A model generated the notes under the pieces. That model saw only the letters and a list, made by a program, of their open reading frames with translations, did not search any database and was not told the origin of the DNA. This document shows positions 1 through 9,665 of a stretch of DNA of 64,000 bases, in pieces; the stretch's first letter is position 1, and each line of letters starts with the position of its first letter. The translations under genes were made by a program, and so were the position numbers. The stretch spans positions 96,001 to 160,000 of the forward strand of contig CAWAWS010000004.1 of NCBI GenBank assembly GCA_963785725.1. The letters are read 5' to 3'. The stretch is from an uncultured delta proteobacterium (GTDB lineage: Bacteria; Myxococcota_A; Polyangia; Palsa-1104).

Positions 1-520
1 TGCCGCTCTTGTAGCGCACGGCGTAGACGATCGGATCTTCGCCCGGCCGCTCTTCGTACAGCGCCTCCAAGACGTCGCCGCGCCGCAGATCGCCCGGCAC
101 CGCCAGCCACCACACGAGCGAGCGCACCAGCACTTGCACGAAGCGCGGGCCGATCTCGGGCCCGACCTCGTGCACCACCGCCGTTTCCAGCGGCCCGTTG
201 ACCTCGACGCGCAGCCGCTTCATGCCCGCCTTTTGCAGCTCGTCGTCGGCGGCCGAATGCGCGGCCGGCCTGTTGTCGGCGGCCGGCGCCGTCACGGCGG
301 TTCCGCCATCGTCGACGGCGGCAGCGGCAACGGGCGCGACCGCGGGCGGCGTCACCGGCGCGACTGCTTTGGGCGGCGACGGCGGCGCGGGCGGCGTCGA
401 ATGGCGCGTCTTGAGCGCGAAGATCGCCAGCCCGATCAGGACGACGACGACGGAGATCGTGGTGGCAATGCGTGCCGTCGGCGGCTTGCGCGACCGGCCG
501 AGCGTAGGCATATCGGACAT
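1..520 (-). CDS. Membrane-anchored protein, probably M23-family peptidase (runs off the window start)
   Basis: Read manually from ATG 520: MSDMPTLGRSRKPP, TM segment, Pro/Ala linker, then LVWWLAVPGDLRRGDVLEALY, resembling the N-terminal part of M23 peptidases. The catalytic domain is not in the window. Confidence 0.55.
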   Translation of the reverse strand, partial: MSDMPTLGRSRKPPTARIATTISVVVVLIGLAIFALKTRHSTPPAPPSPPKAVAPVTPPAVAPVAAAAVDDGGTAVTAPAADNRPAAHSAADDELQKAGMKRLRVEVNGPLETAVVHEVGPEIGPRFVQVLVRSLVWWLAVPGDLRRGDVLEALYEERPGEDPIVYAVRYKSG

Positions 521-537
521 GAAGTGGAGACTTTACG

Positions 538-777
538 CTAGGCCGAGCCGCGCGTCGTATTCGTTGCGTCATACAGCGAAAGCAGGCGACAGAGCCGCTG
601 CTCGACCGCATGCAGCGCCTCGGGCTCATCCGGCGTCAGCGCGTGAATGCGCAGCTCGACGACGTCGCGGGCGATGTCGTCGAGCGCGGCGCGAACCTGC
701 GGCGCATCGTGCGCGGCGAGTCGGCGCCGCCACGCCTGAATCTCGCGCTCCAGTCCCTGCAGCTCGAATTCATTCAT
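538..777 (-). CDS. Small helical hypothetical protein
   Basis: MNEFELQGLEREIQAWRRR...; TACGAT -10-like box 9 nt upstream of ATG 777. Confidence 0.6.
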   Translation of the reverse strand: MNEFELQGLEREIQAWRRRLAAHDAPQVRAALDDIARDVVELRIHALTPDEPEALHAVEQRLCRLLSLYDATNTTRGSA

Positions 778-908
778 GGGCGCATCATCGTAGTGCAAGC
801 GGCGTGCGCTTGCCAAGTCTGCGCGCGACTAAGGCTGCAAGAGCGGCGAGTGCAGCCGACGCACAACCGGCCGCGGCCGTTCGTGCAACCGCTGCACCTT
901 GCCGCTCG

Positions 909-1862
909 TCAGCGCTTCTTCTTGGCCTTGAGCTCGCGCAGCTTGCGCAGCTCGTCCTTGGCGTAGTCGTGCTTGCGATCGATCGTCAGCACCGCCTCGA
1001 AGCCGCGGATGGCGTCGTCGACGCGCCCCATGTCGCGGTGGCCGCACGCCTCCTCCAGTCGCCGCTCGATGCCCGCGCGCAGCGACTGGCGCGCCTCGTC
1101 GCCGCGCCGGCGCTGCTCGAGCTCGGCCGCGGTCGGCGGCTCGTCTTCGAGCACGGCGAGCAGCATCGGCGCCGCGTCGCCCTCGGCAATCTGTCGGCGC
1201 GCGCCGTCGATGAGCTCGTTGATCGACTTGATGACCGCCCGTGTCGTCGCGCCGTAGCGCGTAAAGATGTGCGGCGCATAACGGGCGCGCAGCTGCCGGT
1301 GCGCCTCGTCGGCTTCGGCGTCGCTGGCCTGCGCCGAGATGCCGAGCTGCTGTCGCGGCGCCAAGCCCGAGCGGCGCGCCAATTCCTCGACGAGCGCCTG
1401 CTCGATGGCGTCGCCGAACTTGGGCGCGCGCGTCGCCTCTTCCGGCGGCGGCGGCGGCATCGCGGGCGGCGCCGCCGGCTTCGGCTGCTGCGCGCGCGCC
1501 GTCTGCAGCGCCATCTCCAGCGCGCGCTTGGTCGGCTCGTCGAGGTCGTAGAACATCACGCCCATGCCCGGCCGCTGGCCGTTCTGCGCGTCCACGACAT
1601 GGACCACCTGCGCGCGCAGCGCCACCATTTCGCCGTCGGGCAGGCTGAGCTCGAGCATCACCTCCGAGCCCATCGGCGCGGCATCGTCCGAGGCCACGAA
1701 CAGCCCGCCGCGGCTCAAGTTGCTGGTGTAGAGCTCGAGATACTGCTTCCACGATTCACAGCGCAGCCGGACCGCCAGCTGGACCGGATAGCGCGTGTGC
1801 TCGCGAACGAAGGCGGGAACGATCTCCTTGGGACGCTGCGTCATGCCCACAACCTCGCTCAT
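909..1862 (-). CDS. PilZ domain + degenerate J-like domain + C-terminal TPR protein
   Basis: REHTR (RxxxR) and NLSRGG (D/NxSxxG) PilZ motifs; LGISAQASDAEADEAHRQLRARYAPH resembles a J domain; C-terminal TPR-like helix pair. Start could be 1907, 1862 or 1844. Confidence 0.8.
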   Translation of the reverse strand: MSEVVGMTQRPKEIVPAFVREHTRYPVQLAVRLRCESWKQYLELYTSNLSRGGLFVASDDAAPMGSEVMLELSLPDGEMVALRAQVVHVVDAQNGQRPGMGVMFYDLDEPTKRALEMALQTARAQQPKPAAPPAMPPPPPEEATRAPKFGDAIEQALVEELARRSGLAPRQQLGISAQASDAEADEAHRQLRARYAPHIFTRYGATTRAVIKSINELIDGARRQIAEGDAAPMLLAVLEDEPPTAAELEQRRRGDEARQSLRAGIERRLEEACGHRDMGRVDDAIRGFEAVLTIDRKHDYAKDELRKLRELKAKKKR

Positions 1863-1946
1863 GCCAACTGACCCCTGCATCATAGCAATCGGGGGCTTTT
1901 CCCCCATCTCATCAATCGCAACTACGCGTCAGGACTTTAGCTGGGC

Positions 1947-1964
1947 GTGGCCATTTTCTTGCGA
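1947..1964 (+). promoter_or_regulatory. Putative sigma54 (-24/-12) promoter
   Basis: GTGGCCATTTTCTTGCGA: GG(1949-50)-N10-GC(1961-62), followed by GAGGAG and ATG 1992. Confidence 0.6.
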
Positions 1965-1991
1965 AGGTCTACGTAACGAGGAGTACGACAC

Positions 1992-3404
1992 ATGACGCCG
2001 TCCATCGCCAAACGCGCACCGGGGAGCCTCGCCGAACGCTTCTGGTCCATCGCCCGTTCGGGCGGAGCCGCGGGTGACGACACGACGAACCCCGATCCGA
2101 AAGCGGTCGTGCGCCACGTCCTGTGCATTTTGGACGCGCTGTGGGCGGGCGAAGTCGGCGATGGCGTGTCGCAGGCGACGGTGTCGTTCCTGCAGATGCT
2201 GCGGCAGCAAGAGCAGGCGGGCGACCTGTCCTACGCCTCGCCCGAGCAGGCGCGCGGCGAGTCGCTCGACGAACGCTCGCTCGTGTTCTCGGTCGGCGTC
2301 CTCTTGTTCGAGGAGCTGACCGGTCGTCATCCCTTCGGCGCCATGGCGTCGGGTCGGCGCTTTGCCCGCATTCAAAAGTGTGAGCTCGGCTCGGGCGTGC
2401 AGTATTTCCCACAAGTGCCGGCGCAGCTGCGCAACATGCTCATGAAGGCGATGGGCCCGTTTCCCGAGGAGCGCTATCGCTCGCTGGCCGAGCTGCGCGA
2501 CGTGCTCGAGCGCTTCGTCGACGGCCGGCCGGACGAGACGCCGTCGCGACTGCGCCGGCCGCTGCGCGGCTTGCCGCCGACGCCGGCCGATTTGGCGTTC
2601 GCGCCGGTCGACGAGGTCATGCCGACGCGCGTGATGTCGCGCCGCCCGGCGACCGCCGCGGCGCCGGTCACGCCGGCCCAGCCGTCGATGCGCGGGCAGC
2701 AGCCGATGTTGCCGATGGCGCGCGTCAACGGCAACGCCGCCCAGCCGTTGCCGCAGCCGCTGCGCGCGGTGTCGCTGCTGCAGCAGAAGCCGAGCTTCGG
2801 GCCGGCGATTCCCACCGTCGTCACGGTTCCGAACGTCCCGAGCGCGCCGGTCGTCGGCGACGGGACCGACAAAGTGCAGCAGGTGACGCCGTCGATGGCG
2901 CGCACCTATGTCGTGCTCGAGCGCGTCGCGTATGTGGCGTGTGGCGCGCTCTTGGCGCTCATCGCGGCCTACGTCGCGCTCAAGCCGCGCCATGTCGCGA
3001 CACCCGTCGCGGCGGTCGCGGCGCCGCTGGCCGGTGAGCCGGCACGCAATGTCGAGCCGCCGGCGCTGCAGGTCGCCGCCGCGCCGCCGCAAGCCGCCGC
3101 CTTCGACGCCGACGTCGGCGGTCAGAACGTGGCCAAGGCCTCGCGCAGCTGTTTCCTCGCCGATCGCGCCGCCAAGACGATCTCGTTCGGCGTCGGCGTC
3201 ATGTGGGGCAAAGACGAAGCGCTCTCGCGCCGCATGTTCATGTCCGCCGACGAGCCGCTCTCCGCCGACGAGCGCAAGTGCGTCGCGCACGCGATGGTCG
3301 GGCTGGAAGCGGGCGCCGCGCCGACGCGCAGCACGATCGTCGAGTATCGGTTACGTCTGCGCCCCGACGGGACGAATGACGTCAAAGCGATGGTGCAGAA
3401 GTAA
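1992..3404 (+). CDS. Membrane-anchored truncated Ser/Thr pseudokinase
   Basis: Kinase C-lobe motifs YASPEQARGE, LDERSLVFSVGVLLFEELTGRHPF, PEERY; no Gly loop, HRD or DFG; Pro-rich linker, TM segment, small C-terminal domain with two Cys. Confidence 0.75.
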   Translation: MTPSIAKRAPGSLAERFWSIARSGGAAGDDTTNPDPKAVVRHVLCILDALWAGEVGDGVSQATVSFLQMLRQQEQAGDLSYASPEQARGESLDERSLVFSVGVLLFEELTGRHPFGAMASGRRFARIQKCELGSGVQYFPQVPAQLRNMLMKAMGPFPEERYRSLAELRDVLERFVDGRPDETPSRLRRPLRGLPPTPADLAFAPVDEVMPTRVMSRRPATAAAPVTPAQPSMRGQQPMLPMARVNGNAAQPLPQPLRAVSLLQQKPSFGPAIPTVVTVPNVPSAPVVGDGTDKVQQVTPSMARTYVVLERVAYVACGALLALIAAYVALKPRHVATPVAAVAAPLAGEPARNVEPPALQVAAAPPQAAAFDADVGGQNVAKASRSCFLADRAAKTISFGVGVMWGKDEALSRRMFMSADEPLSADERKCVAHAMVGLEAGAAPTRSTIVEYRLRLRPDGTNDVKAMVQK

Positions 3405-3417
3405 CCAAAAGTCCTAC

Positions 3418-3435
3418 TTGGACCGCGCGTTGCAA
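3418..3435 (+). promoter_or_regulatory. Putative sigma54 promoter
   Basis: TTGGACCGCGCGTTGCAA: GG(3420-21)-N10-GC(3432-33); predicted +1 near 3445, just before ATG 3447. Confidence 0.55.
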
Positions 3436-3446
3436 AGCTTTGGGGT

Positions 3447-3833
3447 ATGAAAATCTCAAAGCTGATTCGGACCTTCGTCATCGCCGCTCCGCTGGCTCTG
3501 CTGCCGGCCGCGGCATTCGCTCAGGGCGCCGGCGCGGGCGCCGGCAGCGCCGGCTCGGGCTCGACCGCGGCTGGCGTCGGCGGCTCGGGCACGAGCATGG
3601 GCAACACGCCGGGCGCGCTGCCCAACACGACGAGCGGCGGCGCTCCGGCGACGGGCAATAGCAACCTCGGCAACGACAACGCCGGCTCGCCGACGTCGAC
3701 GGGCTTGCCGTCGAACCCGGTCGACACGACCTCGCCGAGCAGTATTCCGCCGTCGACGTCGACCACGCCTTCGAGCGACCTGCCGTCGACCGGCACCGGC
3801 GGATCGAGCGGCGGCACCACGTCCACGCACTAG
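3447..3833 (+). CDS. Secreted low-complexity Gly/Ser/Thr/Pro-rich protein
   Basis: Signal peptide ending AFA-Q, then a disordered G/S/T/P-rich body. Confidence 0.7.
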   Translation: MKISKLIRTFVIAAPLALLPAAAFAQGAGAGAGSAGSGSTAAGVGGSGTSMGNTPGALPNTTSGGAPATGNSNLGNDNAGSPTSTGLPSNPVDTTSPSSIPPSTSTTPSSDLPSTGTGGSSGGTTSTH

Positions 3834-3859
3834 CCGCTCACGTCAGCGGGCGCGCGTCG

Positions 3860-5575
3860 CTACATGCGGTCCAGTACCTCGATACCCAAGAGGTCGAGAC
3901 CCTGCTTGAGCGCGCGCGCCGTCAGCTGGCACAACGACAATCGCGACGCGCGTAGCTCGGGCTCGGCCTTGAGCACCGGGTGCTCGCTGTAGAACGTCGA
4001 GAAGGCGCCGGCCAGATCGTACAAGTAGTCGCACAGCAGATGCGGACGCGTCTGCGCCGCGACCGATTCGACGGCGGCGCCGAAGTCGTACAGCTTCGTC
4101 AGGAGCACGCGCTCGGACGTCACCAGCGTCGCCAGCGCGCCCGGCGCCGCGCCTTCGTCGGCCGCTTTGCGCAAGATCGACTGAATGCGCGCATAGGCGT
4201 ACTGCAAATAAGGACCGCTGTTGCCGGCCAGCGACAGCGCCTTGTCCCACGTGAACGTCACGCCGGTCTGACGATCTTTCGACAGATCGTTGTACTTCAC
4301 GGCGCCCATGCCGACGACGCGCGCGATCTCGCGCAGCTGCTCCTCGGTGAAGCCTTCGTCGTGCTGCTTGGCCAGCTCGTAGGCACGCTTCTCGGCTTCG
4401 TCGAGCAGCACTTCCAAGTGGATGACGTTGCCGTCGCGCGTCGAGATCGTGCCTTCGGCCAGGCGCATGAGGCCGAACCACACGTGCTCCAAGCTGCATT
4501 CGACGCCGAGCCGCTTGGCGATCGTCCACACCTGCTTGAAGTGCAGCTGCTGGCGATCGTCGGTCAGCACGACGATTCGCGACGGATTCCAACGCTCGAC
4601 GCGATAGAGCACGCCGGCGATGTCGGTCGTCGCGTAGTTGTAACCGCCGTCCGATTTGCGCACCAGCGCCGGCGGCATCTCTTCAGTGCCGTCGGGCTTC
4701 TTGAAGAACACGACGAGCGCGCCGCGGCTCGGCTCGGCGATGCCGCGATCGAGCAGCAGCTGCACCGTCGCCGCCAGCCGATCGTTGTAGAAGCTCTCGC
4801 CCAGCACGACGTCGAAGCTGACGCCGAGCCGCCGATAGACGCGCTGGAACTCGTTCATGGACAGGTCGATGAACTGCTGCCACAAGGCGACGTTCGCCGC
4901 ATCGCCCGCTTGCAGCTTCACCAGCTCGGCGCGCGCTTCGAGCATCAACGGCGTCGGCTGCTTCTCGCCTTCGGCATCGTCGTCCTCTTTGGCTTCGCCG
5001 CCTTGCTTCTTCGTCTCCTCTTGGAACTTGATGTACAAACGCAACAGCTCGCCCACCGGATCGGCGGCGAACGCGGCCGTGTCGACCCAGTTGCGATAGG
5101 CGACGATGAGCTTGCCGAACTGCGTGCCCCAATCGCCCAAGTGGTTGTCGGCGACGACGTCATAGCCGACGGCGCGCAACGACCGCTTGATGGCCTCGCC
5201 GATGATCGTCGAGCGAATATGGCCGATGTGCATGGGCTTGGCGACGTTCGGCGACGAGTAGTCGATGACGACGCGCTGCCCGCCGGCGATGTCGCGAATG
5301 CGTAAACAGTCGCTGCTGTGCTGCGCCAGCCACTCGTCGCGCACGAAGACGTTGACGAAGCCGGGACCCGCGATCTCGGCTTTGGCGACCGCCGCATGTC
5401 CGCTGATCGCGTCGAGAATTCGCTGGGCGACCTCGCGCGGCTGCTTCTTCTCGGCCTTCGCCAGCGACATGGCGGCGTTGATCTGCAAGTCGCCGAACTC
5501 GGCGCGCTTGGCGCGCACGACGGTGGCGACGGGGACTTCGGCGCGCTGCGCCAGTTCGTTCATCAAGTCGAGCAT
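3860..5575 (-). CDS. argS: Arginine--tRNA ligase
   Basis: DYSSPNVAKPMHIGHIRST (HIGH), NHLGDWGTQFG, GNSGPYLQYAYARI, C-terminal GLDLLGIEVLDRM. Confidence 0.98.
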   Translation of the reverse strand: MLDLMNELAQRAEVPVATVVRAKRAEFGDLQINAAMSLAKAEKKQPREVAQRILDAISGHAAVAKAEIAGPGFVNVFVRDEWLAQHSSDCLRIRDIAGGQRVVIDYSSPNVAKPMHIGHIRSTIIGEAIKRSLRAVGYDVVADNHLGDWGTQFGKLIVAYRNWVDTAAFAADPVGELLRLYIKFQEETKKQGGEAKEDDDAEGEKQPTPLMLEARAELVKLQAGDAANVALWQQFIDLSMNEFQRVYRRLGVSFDVVLGESFYNDRLAATVQLLLDRGIAEPSRGALVVFFKKPDGTEEMPPALVRKSDGGYNYATTDIAGVLYRVERWNPSRIVVLTDDRQQLHFKQVWTIAKRLGVECSLEHVWFGLMRLAEGTISTRDGNVIHLEVLLDEAEKRAYELAKQHDEGFTEEQLREIARVVGMGAVKYNDLSKDRQTGVTFTWDKALSLAGNSGPYLQYAYARIQSILRKAADEGAAPGALATLVTSERVLLTKLYDFGAAVESVAAQTRPHLLCDYLYDLAGAFSTFYSEHPVLKAEPELRASRLSLCQLTARALKQGLDLLGIEVLDRM

Positions 5576-5642
5576 GGCGACGAGAAGCTACCACAACGCC
5601 GTCGCGCTGGCGTCCGTGCGCCGGCCGTCGTAGCCTCAGGCG

Positions 5643-6071
5643 ATGCTGTGGGTCAAAGCGCTGCACGTCATCTTCATGGTGACGTGGTTCTCCGGACTCT
5701 TTTACTTGCCGCGGCTGTTCGTCTATCACGCGATGTCGAGCGATCAGCCGTCGATCGATCGCTTCAAGATCATGGAGCGCAAGCTGTTCGTGATGGCGAC
5801 GATCGGCGCCGTGCTGACGACGATCTTCGGCGCGATCATGCTGTTCTCGTACGCGTGGGAGCAGAATCAGCTGCAGCACACGCATTGGCTGCACGCGAAG
5901 CTAGCGCTGGTGCTCTTGCTCTACGGCTATCACGTCTGGTGCGGGCTCCTCGTTCGCGACTTCAAGCTCGACCGCAACACGCGCTCGCACAAGTGGTACC
6001 GCTTCTTCAACGAGGCGCCGACGCTGATCCTGTTCGGCATCGTCATCCTCGTGCTCGTCCGCCCGTTCTAA
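5643..6071 (+). CDS. hemJ: Protoporphyrinogen oxidase HemJ (CopD-like membrane protein)
   Basis: WVKALHVIFMVTWFSGLFYLPRLFVYH, MERKL, WLHAKL, RFFNEAP, VLVRPF. Confidence 0.93.
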   Translation: MLWVKALHVIFMVTWFSGLFYLPRLFVYHAMSSDQPSIDRFKIMERKLFVMATIGAVLTTIFGAIMLFSYAWEQNQLQHTHWLHAKLALVLLLYGYHVWCGLLVRDFKLDRNTRSHKWYRFFNEAPTLILFGIVILVLVRPF

Positions 6072-6981
6072 ACGCGCGCAGCAGTAGGAGCCCGAGCGTC
6101 GCCAGCGCCGCGACCAGCAGCGAGAAGTCGCGCCCGCGCGGCGGCTCGGCCGGCGCGACGCTACAGCCGCTGCCGTAGCCGTCGTCGATCTCGAGGAAGC
6201 AGCCGAGCTTGCCGGCGAGCGGTCCGTAGACGTCGCAGACGCCGCTCACGTCATCGCTCGTCAGCGGCCGCGCCGACGGATCGGCGGGCACGTAAAACGG
6301 ATACATGATCGTCGCGATTATGCTGTCGGGCAGCTCGGAGTCGCAGTCGGGGATCGGCTGGCCGGTGTTGTCGATCGGCGCCGTCGGCGTGATGTGGTCC
6401 CAGCACGTGTGCGCCAAGCCTTGGACGTGCCCGAGCTCGTGGGTCAGCGTGTTGATGAGGTTGACCAAGATCGTCCCGTCCCGCGCCGTCGCGTTCGCGA
6501 GATCGATGGTGAACGTGTAGTTGACGTCGTTGACCTCGATGTCGGCGTCCGTCAGCGTGCCGTCGCCGATCTGGCCCGGCGTGTCGACGTACATGACCGT
6601 CGTCAGCGCGATCGCCGACGGATCGTAGGGCGGAAAACCCGGCCGCTGCCAGGTCACGTTGCGAAAGATGACCGCTTGATGGCCGTCGTCGCCGACCTCG
6701 AGGATGCCTTTGGGCGCCGTCATCGACAGCGTCAAGCCGCCGCACGATCCGGTGTGCGTCGTCCAGGCGTCGATCGACTGCTGCAGCGCCGATTGCACGT
6801 CGGACATCGGCATGTCCTGGCTGCCGCGCGAGTCCGGCTGCATGACGATGCACTGGATGTTCCAGCGCACCGGCACGGTCGGAATCGTCGTGTCGTCGTG
6901 CTGCGTCGTCGTGCGGACATAGGCGCGCGCCGGCGCGGTCACGGCCAGGACCAAAAATCCGACGAAGAGAGCGAGCTTCAC
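6043..6981 (-). CDS. Secreted matrixin/metzincin metalloprotease with MYXO-CTERM-like tail
   Basis: Signal peptide, DADIEVN, HELGHVQGLAH (HExxHxxGxxH), Met-turn IMYP, C-terminal GSGCSVA + hydrophobic helix + Arg tail. Confidence 0.88.
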   Translation of the reverse strand: MKLALFVGFLVLAVTAPARAYVRTTTQHDDTTIPTVPVRWNIQCIVMQPDSRGSQDMPMSDVQSALQQSIDAWTTHTGSCGGLTLSMTAPKGILEVGDDGHQAVIFRNVTWQRPGFPPYDPSAIALTTVMYVDTPGQIGDGTLTDADIEVNDVNYTFTIDLANATARDGTILVNLINTLTHELGHVQGLAHTCWDHITPTAPIDNTGQPIPDCDSELPDSIIATIMYPFYVPADPSARPLTSDDVSGVCDVYGPLAGKLGCFLEIDDGYGSGCSVAPAEPPRGRDFSLLVAALATLGLLLLRAFRTGGRARG

Positions 6982-7114
6982 GACGACAACGTCATCATGT
7001 CACGAGTGGGACGCCCATGCTCGCCTAGGGGTTCCACGCCGAGCCCGATCACGTAAGCACGCGACCCGTCCGGTCAACAGCCTAGGTCACAGTTGATGTA
7101 TGATTTGCGCCGCG

Positions 7115-8398
7115 ATGACCAACGAGCGGGTGGTGGCACGATCTAAGTTTATCTGGGCTGGATTCGCGCTCGCCCTCTCGATGACCCTGACGGCGCCGGC
7201 GCGCGCTGCGAACGTCGAAAAAGAGGATGACGGCGGCGAAATCAACCTCGCCATCGGCGGTCACAAGGTCATCAACGCCAGCAACCTCGACGGCTACGAC
7301 GAGGTGCAGAACATCGTCAAGTTCACGGTCGACGGCAACAAGCTCATCATCACCGGCGTTCGCATCGGCTCGTCGTCGCTCATCTTGGCCTACAAAGGCG
7401 GCCGCCACGAAGAGCGCGCCATCAACGTCTTTGCCCGCTCGCCTGCCGCAATTCGCGGTGAAATCAAGCAGTTGATGAACGGCATGAACGGCGTCGACGT
7501 GCGCGAAATCGGCGGCCGCATCTTCCTCGACGGCGCCGTGCCGACGCCCGACGACTTGGCGCGCGTCGAGCGCATCGTCGCCTTGTACGCCGGCCAAGTG
7601 GCCTCGCTGGTGACGATCGATCCGTCGCGCCAGCGCACCAACATCAAGCTCGACCTGCACTTCGTCCAGTTCTCGAAGACCAGCTCGTACAAGTTCGGCG
7701 TCAACTGGCCGGCCAACATCGGCGCCCACTTGAACGGCTCCGGCCAGCCGTCGGTCAACTTCAACTACACTTACGATTTCATACAGAAAGCGGCCACTTC
7801 GGGGCAGCTCGTCATCGCCGAGAACTTGCTGCCGTCGCTCGACATCTTGGGCACGCGCGGCTGGGCCAAGGTCAACAACGCCGCGTCGATCATCACCACC
7901 AACGGCGGCACGGCGACCTATCACACCGGCGGCGAGGTCAACGTCAAGATCTCGACCTCGCTCGGCCAGTCGACGCTGCAAAAGATCTTGTTCGGCGTGC
8001 AATTGACCGTTACGCCGCGGCTCGATCCGGCATCGGGCCTCATCATCGTCACCATCGACGCCGAGCAGTCGCAGCTGCAAGTCGTGCAAGGCCAAGACGT
8101 TCCCGGGCGCAGCGTGACGCAGACCAAGACGTCGGTGCACGTCAAGCTGGGCCAGTCGATCATGCTCAGCGGCTTCAAGCAGCAGTCGCAAGATCTCAAT
8201 GGCACCGGCATCCCCGGCCTCATGCAGATCCCGATTCTCGGCTACCTGTTCCGCACCGAAGCCGGCGACTCGACGAACACCGAGAACGTCCTGTTCATCA
8301 CGCCGACGGTCATCGAGCACACGTCGCCCGAGAACGCGCGCCGCATCGAGGACGCGCTCAAGCGCTACGAGGACTACGGCGGCACTGTCGTGTACTAA
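7115..8398 (+). CDS. cpaC: Tad/Flp pilus secretin (CpaC/RcpA-like)
   Basis: Signal peptide, Ig-like N domain, BON-like segment, secretin motifs YHTGGEV, FGVQLTVTP, GIPGLMQIPILGYLF, LFITP. Confidence 0.85.
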   Translation: MTNERVVARSKFIWAGFALALSMTLTAPARAANVEKEDDGGEINLAIGGHKVINASNLDGYDEVQNIVKFTVDGNKLIITGVRIGSSSLILAYKGGRHEERAINVFARSPAAIRGEIKQLMNGMNGVDVREIGGRIFLDGAVPTPDDLARVERIVALYAGQVASLVTIDPSRQRTNIKLDLHFVQFSKTSSYKFGVNWPANIGAHLNGSGQPSVNFNYTYDFIQKAATSGQLVIAENLLPSLDILGTRGWAKVNNAASIITTNGGTATYHTGGEVNVKISTSLGQSTLQKILFGVQLTVTPRLDPASGLIIVTIDAEQSQLQVVQGQDVPGRSVTQTKTSVHVKLGQSIMLSGFKQQSQDLNGTGIPGLMQIPILGYLFRTEAGDSTNTENVLFITPTVIEHTSPENARRIEDALKRYEDYGGTVVY

Positions 8399-9054
8399 TG
8401 ATTCGGTCGTACTTTCCGATAGTTCTGCTTATTGCCGGCTGCGCGCACAGCGACGAGCCGCGGCCGCCCAAGAACCTGACGGCGCTTGAGAAGAAGCTGC
8501 AGCAGCAGCCCGACGACGCGCGCGTCAACATGCAAGCCGGCGACAACGCGGCCTCGACCGGCGACTATCTGCGCGCCGAGCAGTATTACCGCCGCGCCGA
8601 AGCCTTGGGCACACCGCCGACGGTGACGGTGCCGCGCATCCTCAACGTGCTGGCGGCCGCGCGGCGCTACGACGAGGCGCTCGAGCTCTGCCGTCAGCGC
8701 CTCGGCGTCGCACCCGACGATCGGGCGACGCGCATGGTGGAGGCGGCGATCTTGGAGGCGCTCGATCGACCGCGCGAAGCCGAGCGCGAGCTGACGCGTC
8801 TGACGCACACGCGGCCCGATGATCCGCATCCCTACTTGGCGCTCGGCAAGCTCTATCGCGACAGCTATCACGACACGACGCGGGCGCGCGGCATGTTCCA
8901 GACGTACCTGAAGCTCGATCCGAAAGGCCGAGAGGCGGAGGCCATTCGCTATCAGCTCGACGACTGGCTGCAGCCGGACACGTCGACGGCGCCGACGCTC
9001 GACGCGCCGCCGGCGGCGACGCCGGTCCCCTCGACGCTCGCGCCGAATCAGTAG
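8398..9054 (+). CDS. TPR lipoprotein (TadD/pilotin-like)
   Basis: Lipobox IAGC and TPR repeats; start overlaps the secretin stop (TAATG). Confidence 0.75.
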   Translation: MIRSYFPIVLLIAGCAHSDEPRPPKNLTALEKKLQQQPDDARVNMQAGDNAASTGDYLRAEQYYRRAEALGTPPTVTVPRILNVLAAARRYDEALELCRQRLGVAPDDRATRMVEAAILEALDRPREAERELTRLTHTRPDDPHPYLALGKLYRDSYHDTTRARGMFQTYLKLDPKGREAEAIRYQLDDWLQPDTSTAPTLDAPPAATPVPSTLAPNQ

Positions 9055-9060
9055 TCGCGC

Positions 9061-9615
9061 ATGCGGCTCCTTCAGCCGGGCGTCGTCGACAGCGCGGCCG
9101 CAGTCGTCCTCGTCGCCGTCGCCGTCGTCTGCGCCATCAGCGACGTCTGGAAGGGCAAAATCTACAACGTCGTGACCTATCCGGCGATCGTCGTCGGGCT
9201 CGGGTTACAGCTGGCGCAACACGGGCTCGCCGGCCTCGCGTCGTCGCTGGAGGGCCTGGCCGTCTGCGTGCTGCCGGCGTCGCTGCTGTTCCTGCTCGGC
9301 GGTTTGGCCGGCGGCGACGTGAAGCTGCTCGCCGTCGTCGGCGCCGTCGCCGGCTGGCCCGCGGCCGCCGAAGCGCTGTTGCTGACGTTCGTGTGCGCCG
9401 GCCTCATCGCGCTCGGCGAGCTGGCCTGGCACGGCCGGCTCTTCGCGACGCTGTGGCGCCCGCTGCGCGTCGCCGTCGGGCTCGTCGTGCGCAAATGGCG
9501 CCCGCCGGCGCCGGCGAATCCGCCCTTGTCCGTGCGTTTCGGCGTCGCCGTCTGCTTGGGCGTGCTGGCGACGCTGTGGGATCTGCAGAGCGGCGTCTTT
9601 TCCCGCCTGTTTTAA
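9061..9615 (+). CDS. cpaA: A24-family prepilin peptidase (CpaA/TadV-like)
   Basis: ISDVWKGKIYN and GGDVKLL aspartate motifs; multi-TM; C-terminal RFGVAV. Confidence 0.87.
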   Translation: MRLLQPGVVDSAAAVVLVAVAVVCAISDVWKGKIYNVVTYPAIVVGLGLQLAQHGLAGLASSLEGLAVCVLPASLLFLLGGLAGGDVKLLAVVGAVAGWPAAAEALLLTFVCAGLIALGELAWHGRLFATLWRPLRVAVGLVVRKWRPPAPANPPLSVRFGVAVCLGVLATLWDLQSGVFSRLF

Positions 9616-9665
9616 CGGCTGCTGCGGCGAGTGGCTGGGCGCTCGGCGGTGCCTATGAACCAAGC

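Noticed and set aside
7074..7096. TCAAC-N13-GTTGA inverted repeat upstream of the secretin
   Set aside because: Five-base arms are expected by chance.
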